This document shows positions 13,299 through 28,024 of a stretch of DNA of 64,000 bases, piece by piece (position 1 is the stretch's first letter; each line of letters starts with the position of its first letter). Where the stretch lies: contig OY740781.1 of the NCBI GenBank assembly GCA_963514005.1, positions 55,614,001 to 55,678,000 of the forward strand. Direction: 5' to 3'. Below the pieces are notes generated by a model. It saw only the letters and a list, made by a program, of their open reading frames with translations, was not told the DNA's origin and made no database searches. Both the position numbers and the translations under genes were made by a program. The DNA is from Raja brachyura. Taxonomy: Eukaryota.

Positions 13299-14966
13299 AA
13301 GACATGATTAGTAAATTTGCAGATTACACTAAAGTGGGTGGTATTTTAAGTAGCGAAGGTGGTTACAAAGGTTACAGCAGGATCTTGATCAGTTGGGCAA
13401 GTGGGTAGAGGAATAATGCAATGGAATTTAATGTAGATAAACACAAGGTATTGCATTTTGGAAAGTCTAAAGGGCAGGACTTTCATAGTAAATGGCAGGG
13501 CTCTGTGGAGTGTTCGAGAGCTGTAGGATCTAGGAGTGCAGGTACATAATTCCTTGAAAGCTTCGTCATATGTAGACAAGGAGGTCAAGAAGGCTTTCAG
13601 CACCTTGGCCTTCATCAATCAGGGTATGGAGTCATGTTACAGCTGTACAAGGTGCTGGTGAGGCCACAGATGGAATATTGTGTTCTGTTTTTGGTCACCC
13701 TGCTATAAGAAAGATGTTGTTAAGATGGAAAGAGCACAGAGAACATTTACGAGGGTGTTACCAGGACTTGAGAGGTAGGGAGGGAGTGGTTGGACAGACT
13801 AGGATTGCATTCCTTGGAGCATAGGAAAATGAGAGGTGATCTTATAAAGGTGTGTAAGATCATGAGGGGAATATATAGGGTAGATGCCCAGAGTCTTTTA
13901 CCAAAAGTAGGGGAAACAAGAACCAGAGGACAGGTTTAAGGTGAGAGGGGAAAGATTAATGGCAATCCGAGGGGCAACTTTATCACAGAGTGGTGGGTAT
14001 ATGGAACAAGCTGCCAGAGGAGGTAGTTGAGGCAGAAATAATAACAAAATTTAAAACAAATTTGGACAAGTACTTGGATGGGAAAGGTTTAGAGTGATAT
14101 GGGTCAAACACGGCCAGGTAGGATGAGTGTAGATGGGGCACCTTGGACAGCATGCGCTGCTGGGCCAAAGTGCTGAATGACTCTGACTCCAAGTACCAAA
14201 GCCAGGAGTCAAGGATAAGAAATTAATGGGTTGATTCTTGGACAAGAATAGGTTACAGAAAAAAACCCAAAAAATTAAATTGTATAAAACTGATATTTAG
14301 GTAATAGATGTTTGGTCCATTGAGCACAGCATACGGTTGACGAGGTAACACACCTCGCAAACGGGCACTTTCTACCCCACCATGGGAAAGTTTTAAGTTT
14401 GGGGGAAACTTAACAAGAACTCGGGTTCAGTGCTATGTAAGATAGAAAGCTACAATGGTTAGAAGAAATAGTGGACATCCATCTTGGATCATAATATGCT
14501 GTGTGTTGTGGACCATCAGCTGGCAAAGTGAGCAATGGGGAAAAAATAGTAGATGGACTATAAAGGCACAATAGGATTGTGAAGTAGTGAAAGTAGTTTC
14601 TCTGGAAAACAACATATAGAATTTGAACCTCAGCCCAGAAGCCACAATTTAATATAACAACAAAAGCTAAATATTCTGCAAATATATACGTAGAAAATAT
14701 ACAAAAAACAATATATTATGCACATTGACAATTCAATCAACCTCACATTCATCATTCTCATAAGCAGATTAATTCCTACCAAAATAAACTTGTTTCAAAG
14801 CTTAAAAAAGTTTTAATCAGATACTTCCATGCTCCACAGAATTTAAGGCATATAATGCAGCCTTTCATCGATTCTAGTTTTTAAGATGGAATTATTTAAT
14901 GGACCCCAACTGCACAGTTGTTTTTGTCCAATGAGTTTGAATAGGATCAGGGAGGTCAAGAGATTA

Positions 14967-17900
14967 ATAGATAATAGGTGCAGGAGTAGGCCATTCTGCC
15001 CTTCGAGCCAGCACCGCCATTCAATGTGATCATGGCTGATCATCCCCAATCAGTACCCCATCCTGCCTTCTCCCCATATCCCCTGACTCCGCTATCTTTA
15101 AGAGCCCTATCTAGCTCTCTTGAAAGCATCCAGAGAACCTGCCTCCACCGCCCTCTGAGGCAGAGAATTCCACGCACTCACAACTCTCTGTGAGAAAAAG
15201 TGTTTCCTCGTCTCCGTTCTAAATGGCTTACCCCTTATTCTTAAACTGTGGCCCCTGGTTCTGGACTCCCCCAACATTGGGAACATGTTTCCTGCCTCCA
15301 GCGTGTCCAAACCCTTAACAATCTTAAATGTTTCAATAAGATTCCCTCTCATCCTTCCAAACGCCAGAGTGTACAAGCCCAGCTGCTTCATTCTCTCAGC
15401 ATGACAGTCCCACCATCCCGGGAATAAACCTTGTAAACCTACGCTGCACACCCTCAATAGCAAGAATGTCCTTCCTCAAATTAGGGGACCAAAACTGCAC
15501 ACAATACTCCAGGTGTGGTCTCACTAGGGTTCTGTACACCTGCAGAAGGACCTCTTTGCTCCTATACTATAAGAGGGTTTCGACTCCTCTTGTAATAAAG
15601 GTCAACATGCTATTCGCTTTCTTCACTGCCTGCTGTACCTGCATGCTTACTTTCATAGACTGATGAACAAGGCCCCCAGATCCCACTGTACATCCCCTTT
15701 TCCCAACTTGACGCCATTTAGATAGTAATCTGCCTTCCTGTTTTTGCTACCAAAGCGGATAACCTCACATTTCTCCACATTAAACGTTATCTGGCATGCA
15801 TCTGCCCATTCCCCCAACCTGTCCAAGTCACCCTGCATTGTCATAGCATCCTCCTCACAGTTCACACTGCCACCCAGCTTTGCGTCATCTGCAAATTTGC
15901 TAATGTTACTTTGAATCCCTTCATCCAAATCATTAATATTATAAATAGCTGTGGTCCCAGTACCGAGCCTTGTGGTACCCCACTAGTCACTGTCTGCCAT
16001 TCAGAAAGAGACCCGTTAATCCCACTCTGTTTCCTGTCTGCCAACCAATTTTCTATCCATATCAGCACTCCACCACCAATACCATGTGCCCTAATTTTGC
16101 CCACTAATCTCCTATGTGGGACCTTATCAAATGCTTTCTGAAAGTCCAGGTACACTACATGCACTACATGTTTCCTAGTTACATTTTCAAAAAATTCCAT
16201 AAGATTAGTCAAGCATGATTTCCCCTTCGTAAATTCATGCCGACTCAGACCGATCCAAATGTGTGGCTATTTCATCTTTTATAATTGACTCCAGCATCTT
16301 CCCCACCACTGATGTCAGGCTAACTGGTCTATAATTCCTTGTTTTCTCTCTCCCGCCTTTCTTAAAAAGTGGGATAACGTTAGCTACCCTCCAATCCACA
16401 GGAACTGATCCCGAGTCTATAGAACATTGGAAAATTATCACCAATGCATCCACGAGCCACTTCCTAAAGTACCCTGGGATGCAGACCACCAGGCCCTGGA
16501 GATTTATCAGCCTTCAGTCCCATCAGTCTACCCACCATTTCCTGCCGAATGTGGCTTTCCTTCAGTTCCTCTGTCACCCCAGATTCTCTGGCCACTACTA
16601 TATCAGGAAGATTGATTGTGTCCTCCTTTGTGAAGACAGATCCAAAGTACCTGTTCAACTCGTGTGCCATTTCCTTGTTCCCCATAACAAATTCACCTTT
16701 TTTGGTCTTCAAGAGTCCAACTTTGGTCTTAACTACTTTTTTCCTCTTCACATACCTAAAGAAGCTTTAACTATCCTGCTTTATATTCTTGGCTAGCTTA
16801 CATTTGTACCTCATCATTTCTCCCCGTATAGTCTTTTTAGTTATCTTCTGTTGTTCTTTAAACATTACCCAATCCTCTTGCTTACCGCTCATCTTTGCTA
16901 CGCTGTACTTCTCTTTTATTTTTATAATGTCCCTGACGTCCCGTGTCAGCCACGGTCGCCCCTAACTCCCCTTGGAATCTTTCTTCCTCCTAGGAATGAA
17001 CGGATCCTGCACCTTCTGTATTATTCCTATAAATTCCTGTCATTTTTGTTCCACTGTCATTTCTGCTAGTGTATCTTTCTAGTCAACTTTGGCCAGCTCC
17101 TCCCTCATGGCCCCACAGTCCCCTTTATTCAACTGCAACACCGAGACCCCGATCTACCATTCTCCCTCTCTAATTGTAGATTAAATCTAACCATGTTATG
17201 GTCACTACTTCCTAATGGCTCATTAACCTCGAAGTCCTTTATCAAACCCGGTTCATTACATAACATTAAATCCAGAATTGCCTTCTCCCTAGTAGGCTCC
17301 AATACAAGCTGCTCTAAGAATCCATCACGAAGGCACTCTACAAAGTCCCTTTCTTGGGGCCAAGTACCAACCTGATTTTCCCAGTCTACTTGCATGTTGA
17401 AATCTCCCATAACAAGCACAGCATTACTTTTGCTACATGCCAATTTTAACTCCCGATTCAACTTGCGCCCTATGTACAGGCTACTGTTTGGGGGCCTGTA
17501 GAAAAGTCCCATTGGGGTCTTTTTACCCTTACAATTCCTTAGTTCTATCCATACTGACTCCACACCTCCTGTTTCAATGTCACCCCTTGCAAGAGGCTGA
17601 ATTTAATTCCTCACCAATAGAGCAACTTCACCCCCTCTGCCCACCTGTCTGTCTTTTCGATAGGAGGTATACCCTTGAATATTTAGTTCCCACCCCTGGC
17701 CCTCTTGCAGCCATGTCTCTAATTCCCACAACATCATACTTGCCAATTTCTAACTGAGCCTCAAGCTCGTCCACTTTATTTCTTATACTTCGCGCATTCA
17801 TATGCAACACTGACCTCCGTATTCACGTCCCCCCCTCGCAATTGGCCCTAACCGTACTCTTTTATCCCTTCTCGAACTTTCCTTCCCATTAATTCGAGAA

Positions 17901-19185
17901 TCTTTTGTAATTTTTCCTGTAGCCACTTCCCCTTCGACTCCATCTTTATACTCCCAATTTGTCAATCCCTCCCTCCCAGTATTTAGTTTAAACCCAAACA
18001 TGTAGCCCTAGCAAACCTGCCTGTCAGAATGTCAATCCCCCTCCAGTTAAGGTGTAACCCATCCCTTTTGTACAGGTCACCCCTACCCCAGAAGAGATCC
18101 CAGTGGTCTTTAAATCTAAATCCTTGCTCCCTGCTCCAGCCCCTCAGCCACACATTCAGATGCCCCATCTCCCTGTTCCTGTCCTCACTAGCACAAGATA
18201 CTGGAAGCAATCCAGAGATAACCACCCTAGAAGTCCGGCATTTCAGTCTTCTTCCCAACTCTCTGAATTCATGTTGGCGAAACTCCTTCCTCTTCTTCCT
18301 CCCAATGTCGTTTGCGCCTACGTGCACAACTACTGCCGGCTGTTCACCTTCTCTCTCTCGAGGATGTTCTGAATTAGGCTCGTGAAATCTTGAACCCTGG
18401 CACCAGGGAGGCAACAGACTATCCTCGCGTCTCGTCTGCCGCCACAGAATCTCCTGTCTGCTTCTCGGACAATGGAGTCACCCACCATTATGGCTCTGCC
18501 CGATGCCGGTCGAGTCCCATCTCTAGGTTTGGAGCCACCGACATGTCCGCCGCTCGGACTGGAAACATCATCTCCCCCAACAGTTCCCAAGAGGGCGTAC
18601 CCGTTTTCAATGGGCACAGCCACCTGTGTCACCTGCACTCCACGATTACCACCCTTTCTCTCAGTCATACACCTTCCTTCTTCCCGTATCCTCGGCGTGA
18701 CAACCTCACTATAGGTTCTGTCCAGGAAACTCTCGTTTTCCTGGATGGCCCTGAGGTCATGCAGCTGCTTCTCCAGTGTGCCAACACGGTCCTTCAGGAG
18801 CTGAAGCTGGACTCACTTGCCACAGTTGCAGCAGCCAGAGGCTCCATCCGTGTCCCTGGGCTCCCACATTCTGCAAGCCTCACACCGTCTCATCTGTCCC
18901 GTCATGTGTTCACCACGTTCTGTCCTCTCGAGCTTTTTGCGGAGTGTCCTCTCCTCAGCCCCCTCGCCGAAGACCCTCGAGCCAAAGACTCGCACTTTAC
19001 TCACAAGGCACTTTACTCACAAGGCACTTTACTCACTGCCGCTCGCTTAGAGCAGTCTTGCTAATATTGACTGATAAACTGCCTTATTTACAAACCAAAT
19101 TCCTCAGTTTTATACTGCTTTCCACCTCTGACTCGCCTACCCCCACGGGCTTCAGCCAATCAGCGCTTGTCCCTGCTTTTTTTTG
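14967..19185 (-). mobile_element. Near full-length, frameshifted CR1 (HER1-like) LINE
   Basis: ORF1 has a Cys-rich finger (CEAC..CNCGK) and an SGNH esterase (GDSIVR, VVHVGANDIG, DGLHLN). ORF2 has APE (MNARSIRNK, MGDFN, SSDHN) and RT (LDFQKAFDKVPH, GVPQGSVLGP, FADD). 5' UTR carries a tandem repeat. Confidence 0.95.
18991..19036. repeat. Tandem repeat (GCACTTTACTCACAAG) x ~3 in the CR1 5' UTR
   Basis: Read directly from the sequence. Confidence 0.9.
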
Positions 19186-19802
19186 TTTCTGCTTGTCCAA
19201 GATCCAGGTAAGCTCTGGGCTTAAGGGCATTAAGGTACTGAAATTTGTGCGAAAGGTGTCATTTTCAATATCATAAAACAGGAACTGGTGACATTGACTT
19301 GGAACCTCTAATGCATATAAATCTGCATCTAGCAAGAGGCATTGAGAGAATTTAGGGCCAATGTAATCATGTAAGGGTGAAAGTTTTGGACGGCAAGTCG
19401 AAGGAAAATTTGATAAACAGTGCAAAAAGCATACGAAAGCATAAAATACAGAAAACAGGGAGCCCTTCAGCAACGTAGAATTCCTGTTGGGGAAAATTAG
19501 AAGGGCAAAGAAGGGCCATAAAATATCACTGGCAGATAAGTGCACAAAAGATTCCAAGGCATTTTCAAACTATTTTATGACGAAGAGGGCAACCTGCAAA
19601 AGTGCCAGACCTACTCGGGACCAAAGGGGCAATTCATAAGTAAACCCCACTGATTTGGGTGACAAACCCATTGCTCCTTAAGGATGGCAACATAGTTAAA
19701 GTTAAATTAGATAACTTGATCAACATGGAGTTGTACCAAAGGGCCTGCTTCTGTGCTTTATAATTTGATGACTTGACGACTCCAAGTGATCAAGGTGGCA
19801 TA

Positions 19803-20420
19803 CAATAGACAATAGGTGCAGGAGTAGACCATTCGGCCCTTTGAGCCAGCACCGCCATTCAAAGTGATCATGGCTGATCATTCCCAAGCAGTACCCCGTT
19901 CCTGCCTTCTCCCCATATCCCCTGACTTCGCTATCTTTAAGAGCCCTATCTAGCTCTCTCTTGAAAGTATCCAGAGAGCCGGCCTCCATAGAATTCCACA
20001 GACCCACAACTCCCCGTGAGAGAAAGTGTTTCCTCATCTCCGTTCCAAATGGCTTACCCCATATTCTTAAACTGTGGCCCCTGGTTCTGGACTCCCCCAA
20101 CATCGGGAACATGTTTCCTGCCTCCAGCGTGTCCAAACCCTTAATAATCTTATATGTTTCAATAAGATCCCCTCACATCCTTCTAATTTCCAGAGTATAC
20201 AAGCCCAGCCGCTCCATTCTCTCAGAATATGACAGTCCCGCCATCCCGGGAATTAACCTTGTAAACCTACGCTGCACTCCCTCAATAGCAAGAATGTCCT
20301 TCCTCAAATTAGGGGACCAAAACTGCACACAATACTCCAGGTGTGGTCTCACTAGGGCCCTGTACAACTGCAGAAGGACCTATTTGCTCCTATACTCGAC
20401 TCCTCTTGTTATAAAGGCCA
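19803..20420 (-). mobile_element. CR1 3' fragment (same subfamily as 14967) lying between pieces of an older plus-strand CR1 (~19190-20950)
   Basis: Very similar to 14967-15600; RPHLEYCVQFWSP. Confidence 0.9.
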
Positions 20421-22857
20421 GGATGTTAGCTTTCATTAGTCAGACCATAGTTGGTATATTGTGTGCATTTCTGGTTGTTGCACTATTAGATGAGATTTAC
20501 CAGGGTATTGCCTGGGATGGAAAGTTTTGGTTATGGAGGAGAGACTGGATCGCCTGGGTTTGTTTTCCTTGCAGCAGAGGAGGCTGAGGGGGACCCAGCA
20601 ATGGATATACAAAGTTATGAGAAGAATATGCAGGGTTCATAATGCAAAACTTCTGCATATCACAGATGTCCAAATCCAGTGCGCGCTGAATTCAGGTGAT
20701 GAATAAGGTGATGATTGGGGAACCTCTAAAAATCTCCCAGAGGGAACTTGCAATCTGCAATGCACTGCCTGAGGTGGTGGTGGAGGTAGGTTTTCTGACA
20801 ACATTTAAAAGGTATCAGTACGAGAACTTGATTTGCAAAGGCAAAGAAAGTTGCAGACCAAGTGCTGGGAAATGAGATTAGTATAGATGGGTACTTGGTG
20901 GTCAGCATGAATATGGTGGTCAAAGGGACCTGTTTCAGTGTTATATTCTGTGACATAATAGAGATTAAAATAAAGTGAACATTGCAGTTCAATGATGTTT
21001 CCTCAGAAATGGGAAAAGCGAGAGTCAAAAAGGTTTAAGATTCGGAAAAAGACACAGGTAGCAAGTAACAAAAGCTTTTCACTGTACCTCAGTACACGTG
21101 ACAATAAACTGAACTGAAACTGAAGATGTATGGGTGGTGGGACGAGGAAGAGAACTATAGAAATCTTGGGGGGGATATCCACTACATTAACGGGTGGAAG
21201 AGAAGTAAATAAAAAATAAAAGTGCAGATGTTGGCTATCAGAAATAAAACAGAAATGTTTTAACTTCTTAGCATCCTTGCAGAGTTAACGATTTAGACTG
21301 TTAATCTAAGACTGTTAATGTTTTGGGTTAATGACCTTTCACCAAAAATGGAAAGCTAACCACCCTGCATTTGTTCTTTCTGATATCTACCCTTTTTCCG
21401 AACCTAAAAAATCCTTTCCTTAGTTCTGATGAAAATTCACCGAGCTAACACATGAATTATTCCTTTCTCTACTGATGCTGCCCGAGCGCTAAAGGAGCTC
21501 AACGGGTCGGGCAGTGTCCGTGGAGGGAATGGACATTATGCTTTGGGTCAGGATCGTTCTACAAACTTTTCACTGCTGCTTGATCTTGGTATTTTCAGCT
21601 TTATTAGTATCTCATTTAATAATTTCAAGCCAACATTGTCCATCTGGCAGACTTGGTACAAACATTGCGGTAATTCAAACAAATTGCGCTCTCTCTTTGC
21701 ACCACCTGAACATCAAACTTACCTTTCCACTATTCTGATGATTCCCTTGTTTGGGGATAAACTGTGTCACACAACTTTCTCGGTACAATAAATTCCAAAT
21801 AGTTTTCCTGTTGGTGTCAGCTATTTTGGCAAATCCATCTTCACTACCGCGGATACCAACTGGTTGCAGAGTAACCTCCACCATCACTGGAGCATGCAAT
21901 TTGATATTTAGGTGTTACTTGATCCCCACTCAAGTCTTAGGACCCTGGAATACTAAAGAAATAAATTAATTATATTTCAGTTTTGTATGCAAGGTTTATA
22001 GAATTAAAGAATGTGAGACTTTCGGTAGCTCTGCTATAACATAATAATTGCGTTTCTAAGAAAACTCGTATAAAAAAAGTTATGGAAGCAACTGTGCAAA
22101 TGTGGAAAAGGGGGTTGAAAGGTTGAGCATTTCAGACTCACAATAACGTGTTATTTTTTCTTGTGGGATTTTCAAAAATAAAAAGGTATTTTTAATAGCC
22201 ATAAGTTTATTTTTGTTACTGCAAGCTAAAAATAACAAAGGCTATATGTTACATTGCATAGTGATTGCATAGTGTCATTAGAAGCCACTGCTGCTCAATT
22301 TCAATGTCCACCTTGGTAAATCTGACAGATTATATCCTTAAGAGGTTATGGGGAAAATTATGTTTCCTCCAGACAGTGCTGTTCCCAAGGACAGGCTTGT
22401 TCATTTTCAAACTGTTATCTAGGTCCCGATTAAAATTTTGTTAATCAATTCGGCCCGCACATCACGAAGAGTGTTCTCTTATTCATCAGTCACCTTACGG
22501 AATTCGCATTATGGAAATACATAATAGAGCAGAATTACCTGTATTTATCTCAGATGAAGTTAAAATAATTATAACGTGTCCCAGACCTTTTGAAACACTC
22601 CAATTAAACCATCTTTGCTCAATTTCAAAGCTTCAAATTACAATACAAGGTGGGTTTTCTGCAGGAAACCAATAATTTGTGGTGAATTCAAACAATAGTA
22701 GAACATGTTCAATCAACTTGAGAATACAACGTTACACCAATATTTCGGGTCATTCTTTTTCCTGAAAGATCGACTTCACAAGGTGAATTAATTAAAACAT
22801 GATTTCACCCTTGTATAGCATCATGCCATTCAAACAAAATGCAAAACTTCTCACCAT

Positions 22858-23120
22858 GGTAGAAACAACAAACTACAAATGTTCATTAATATTCAAAAGG
22901 ACACAGTGCTGGAGTAATTCAGCAGGTCAGGCAACATTCTGAGAGAAAATGGATAGATGTTTTTGAGATCAAGACCCTTCTTCAGACCGATTACCTCTCC
23001 CATTTTCCAGTTTCTTCATGCTCCCCACGCCCACAATCAATCTGAAGAAGGGTCTCGACCAGAAACATAACTTATCTATGTTCTCCAGAAATGCTGCCTG
23101 ACCTGAGAAGTTTGTGTCCT
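22858..23120. mobile_element. Penelope-derived fold-back short element
   Basis: Inverted copies of the CTGAAGAAGGGTCTCGACC / GATGCTGCCTGACCTG terminal motif. Confidence 0.65.
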
Positions 23121-23134
23121 CATCGTGGCATGTA

Positions 23135-23432
23135 GTTTAGTTGAGTGATATAGCCTGGAAACAGGTCCTTCGGCCTAATGAGTCAACGCTGACCACCTGT
23201 TCACATTAGTTCCATATTATACCACTTTCTCATCAATTCCCTACAATCTAGGGGTAATTTACAAAGGCCACGTAATCTACAAACCGCACGTCTTTGGGTT
23301 ATGCGAGGAAACCAGAGCACCTGGAAGAAACTTGCGTGGTCACAGAGACCCTGCAAACATCACACAGACAGCGCCAGAGGTCAGGTTTGAACCCGAGACT
23401 CTGGCACTGCGAGGCAGTTCTGACAGTTGCGC
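23135..23432 (-). mobile_element. V-SINE (HE1-like)
   Basis: Reverse-complement tRNA head and V-domain (GAGGAAACCAGAGCACCTGGA on the plus strand). Confidence 0.8.
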
Positions 23433-23549
23433 CAGTCCATCAGAATTTGATGGGGTGATCTCTTGTGGCTTATAACTTGCATATTGACTCAGGAATACAC
23501 AGGATCAAGTATAATTTGACACTACATGGTCAGTCACCATTTTGATCAC

Positions 23550-23980
23550 CCAGGAATGAGTGGGTTAGCATTTGACGACACTGGCCCTGTACTTGCTGGA
23601 GTTTAGAAGGTTTAGGGAAACTTACAGAATAATGAAAGGCATAGAGTGGATGTGGAAAGGATATTTCCACTGGTGGGAGCGTCTAGGACCAGAGGTCATA
23701 GCCTCAGAATTAACGGGCGCTCATTTAGAAAGGAGGCGAGGAGGAATCTCTTTAGTCAGGGGGTAGTTAATCTGTGGAACTCACTGCCACAGAGGGCTGT
23801 GGTGGCCAAGTCAGTGGATATTTTGAAGGCAGATATATACAAATTCTTGATTAGAACGGTGTCAAGGGTTATGGGGAGAAGTCAGGAAAATTAGATTGGG
23901 AGGCAGAGATCAGCCATGATTGAATGGCGGAGTAGACTTGATGTACCTAATGGTCTAATTCTACTGTAACTTGTGAACTT
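23550..23980 (+). mobile_element. CR1 3' end
   Basis: RTRGHSLRI, NLWNSLPQRAV. Confidence 0.85.
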
Positions 23981-24147
23981 GGGTGCCGAAAGAATGATCT
24001 GTAATTTTAAAATGGTAAATTTATAATGACCGAAATCTTGCTTTGAATGCTATTCACATTATTTAAATTTATCATAAATATTTGATCACTTTACAGTTTG
24101 TTAACAATAAAGAGCACGTCATTTTGTTCATGGAATAAACATTACAA

Positions 24148-24750
24148 GGGTGCTCAGGAAGAATATCACACAGAGACTGCTGCTGTCCTTTTATCGGTGC
24201 TCCATTGAGAGCATCCTAACATACTGTGTATGTGTGTGGTACACCAGCTGCACAGCAGCTCAGAGGAAAGCGCTCCAGAGGGCCATTGACAACGCCCAGG
24301 GGATTGTCGGCTGCCCTCTCCTTACCTTGGAAGACTTACACAGTTCCCGCTGCATCAAAAAATCCCAGAATATTATAAAGGACATTTCCCATCCCGGACA
24401 CTCCCCGTTTGAACTGTTGCCGTCAGGCAGACGGTACAGATCTACAAGGACAAGGACAAACAGACTTAAAAACAGTTTTTACCCCACTGCTATAAAGACT
24501 CTAAATGTAGCCGCCAAGGAACGCGGGGACTAAGGGACTGTGGTTGGTACACTGTGAAATCAACAGGAGGATGTAGGGTTGGGTGTTTATGCGTGCTATT
24601 TTCATATTTCATATTTATTTTAGTTTATCTTTTTTAATATTTTACCTTGCATGTATCGTTAGCTTTTATGGTTTGAATGGTGCACTGACTGGCTGACATT
24701 TTTAAATTTTGTTGTACATGGTTCATGTTACAATGACAATAAAGAAACTA
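24148..24750 (+). mobile_element. Rex1/Babar LINE 3' end
   Basis: FYRCSIESILTYC, HPGHSPFELLPSGRRYRS, RLKNSFYP; AATAAA-containing tail. Confidence 0.85.
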
Positions 24751-26442
24751 CTATATACAAATATCTACAACAAAATAATGTGTTTTAGTTGGGTAGAGAG
24801 AAGATAGAGAGAATTCCGAGTTGATCATAATGTGTGAAGCATCTTGACTATTCACCAAAACAAAGAGGAGCTCTGGTGGATTATCCAAAGTATAGCATGT
24901 TGCAATCCAGCAGTTGCCTGCAGCAGTGCAGAGAGCTCACCTGGATTATACATTCATTAAAAATACATTTCACTTTGGAATGCTTATTACTGTCCCCAAT
25001 GTAATAAGTTGAAAAATTGAGAAAATGCAAAAGTAATACCATTTAATTTTTGTCCAAAGCTCACATACATTTAAAGGAGTCATTTTTCTTGGCTGCATTA
25101 TATTAATATCTTCAAATAACAATCAAAACTACAGACTTAATGCTAAATTTATCAGGTTAGGTTTCCTCCACTACACTCCTCACCTCTAAACACAACTGCC
25201 TCCTCCCCCCACCCTTATTCACACCTCAAATACAACCAAAATACTTTGGGATTTGATCAGTACCCGAAATGTTAAATCATTTTATTCTGTGTTTTTCCAT
25301 TATTTTCAGTTTAATCTAATTTCCAGTACAGCTGTTTTTACTTTTGGTGTTATTGGAATTTTATTTCTTGCACATTCTCTTCCTCTAGCCAAGTTTAATT
25401 TGATACATTCGGGTTTCATTTAATACACTTTGGTTTACCAAGTGTACAATAACAAACACAATTAAGGCAAATTAAAAAATCCTTGAACTTCACTTGTACT
25501 TTAAAATGTAATTCCTGCATTTATTTTTAAGCTGGCTCTTAGAACTACATTTTAGATTTGCCTTGCTTTATTTTGGCCCTCACAATACACGTGCTAAAGT
25601 GACCCAGAAGAGGTACAGAATAATGACGAGCCTGACAAATCAACTTTAAAATCTTCAAGGCCTTGCTCATAAATCTTAGAGACAGTAATACTGCACGGAA
25701 ACAGGCCCTTCAGCCCAATCTGACCAATTCTTGAACCAACCTGCACAATCCTAATCCAACCACATCAACGAAGCTCTGTGGACCATCTCTTCCACTACTA
25801 TGGACTTGTTATCACACAATCACAATACTTTATTAGCCAAGTATGTTTTGCAACATACAAGGAATTTTATTTGCCAAGTCAGTCGTACAAATAAAAAGCA
25901 ACGGAATACACAAAATACTTTTTAACATAAACATCCACCACAGTGACTCCTCCACATCCCTCACTGTGATGGAAGCCGAAAAAACGGAATTCACAGAATT
26001 ACGTAATTCTGACAAAGGACCTTCAGCCCGAAATATTATAACTGTTTCACTTTCCACAAATGCTGCCTCACCTGCTGAGTGCTTCTGATCTAGTCTTTTA
26101 AATGTGTAATTGAGCCAGCTTCTACCACTTATGGCAGTTCATTTCAACAACATCTTCAACCTCTCACTTCTTTTGTCCGAGGTTCCCACTTGCTTGTAAA
26201 GTATATTTATCAAAACAATCTCCAAGAAGAGCGCCTGCCTCAATGACTGCCATCCGGTTTCACTTAGGTCCACTGTAATGAAGTGCTTTGTGAAGTTGGC
26301 TATGGCGCAAATTAACTCCCGTTTCAGAAATTACCGAGATCAGCTTTGATTTGCCATCAAAATAAATGCTCACTGGCTCTTTATTGTACTCTGGACTATT
26401 TGATAAGGTTGATATTGAACAGAAACCTTAACCTGAGCATGA

Positions 26443-27770
26443 TTAATGCACGAAATGCTGCTGGCTCTGACGACATCCCTGGGCGCGTCCTCAGGGCTGT
26501 GCTGAGCAGCTGACAGATGTTTGGACTGACATTTTCAACCTGTCACTTGCCCAAGCAGCTGTCCCCACGTGCCTTAAAACCACCTCCATCACGCCGGTGC
26601 CAAAACACTCCACTGCGGCGAGCCTCAATGACTTCCGCCCAGTTGCACTTACTCCCATCATCACTAAGTGCTTCGAGAGGCTGGTCCTGGCACACCTCAA
26701 AGGCTGCCTACCTCCCACACTGGACCCCCATCAGTTCGCCTACCGCAAGAACAGGAGTATGGAGGATGCCATCTCAACGGCACTTCACTCCGCCCACCTC
26801 GACAACTGAGACACCTACGTGAAAATGCTGTTCATCGACATTAGCTCAGCATTTAACACCATTATCCGCTCCAAACTGATCGACCTAGGCATCGACCCTT
26901 CCCTCTGCAACTGGATACTGGACTTTCTAACCAACAGACTCCAGTCAACCACAACTCTTCAACCCTCACCCTGAACACCGGCGTTCCACAGGGTTGTGTG
27001 CTGAGCCCTCTCCTCTACTCCCTCTTCACCTATGACTGCACACCTGTACATGGTACTAACACCATCATCAAGTATGCAGATAATACAACAGTGATTGGCC
27101 TCATCAGCGACAATGAGTCGGTCTATAGGGAGGGGGTCCAGCTCCTAGCAGCATGGTGCGCTGACAACAACCTGGCCCTTAACACCAAGAAGCTCATTAT
27201 GGACTACAGAATGTCTAGGGATGGCACGCACACCCCCATCCATATTAACGGGACGGAGGTGGAGCGTGTTTCCAGCTTCAGGTTTCTGGGGGTCAACATC
27301 TCTGATCATCTCTTGGACCCACAATACATCAACACTGATCAAGAAGGCTCACCAGCATCTCTTCTTCCTGAGGAGACTGAAGAAGGTCCATCTGTCTCCT
27401 CAGGAACTGGTGAACCTCTACCGCTGCACCATCGAGAGCATCCTTACTAACTGTATCACAGTATGGTATGGCAACTGCTCTGTCTCTGACCGGAAAGCAC
27501 TGCAGAGGGTGATGAAAACTGCCAAACGCCTCACTGGTTCCTCACTCCCCTCCATTGACACTGTCCAGAGCAAGCAATGTCTGCGAAGGGCGCGCAGCAT
27601 CGTCCAGGACTGCTCTCACCCCAACCACAGACTTTTACCCTCCTCCCATCTAGGAGGCGCTACAGGTCTCGCCGTTCCTGGACCAGCAGGTTCAGGAACA
27701 GCTTCTTCCCTGCGGTTGTTACCCTACTTAACTCTACGCCTTGGTGATTGCCAGTCATTCTCTCCCCCTT
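26443..27770 (+). mobile_element. Rex1/Babar LINE RT fragment (frameshifted)
   Basis: [55 protein letters not shown]. Confidence 0.9.
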
Positions 27771-28024
27771 GGAGTCGAGGGGGGATGTAAAGCAACAAAA
27801 TAAATGTGTTGGTTTTTAAGTTTGCCATTATTCTGAAATAATTACTATGAATCCCATGGCAACCTCCCTGAAATTTGCAAAATTCATTCAGGACATTCTT
27901 GAACAGACACAGGAAGGATATTTCCCTTGAATAAGAAAGTAGGACAAGGAGTCAAAGTTTCAAAATAAGGGACAAGTTAGTTAGGGCTGATAAGAAAGTT
28001 CTTCATGCAATTATGTTAGAATAA

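Larger units (their letters stand above)
10700..14190 (+). mobile_element. Long degenerate CR1 LINE (endonuclease to 3' end) with nested insertions
   Basis: YFNARGL at the endonuclease start, MDFSKAFDKVPH, 3' UTR near 14150. Interrupted at ~12646-13298. Confidence 0.85.
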
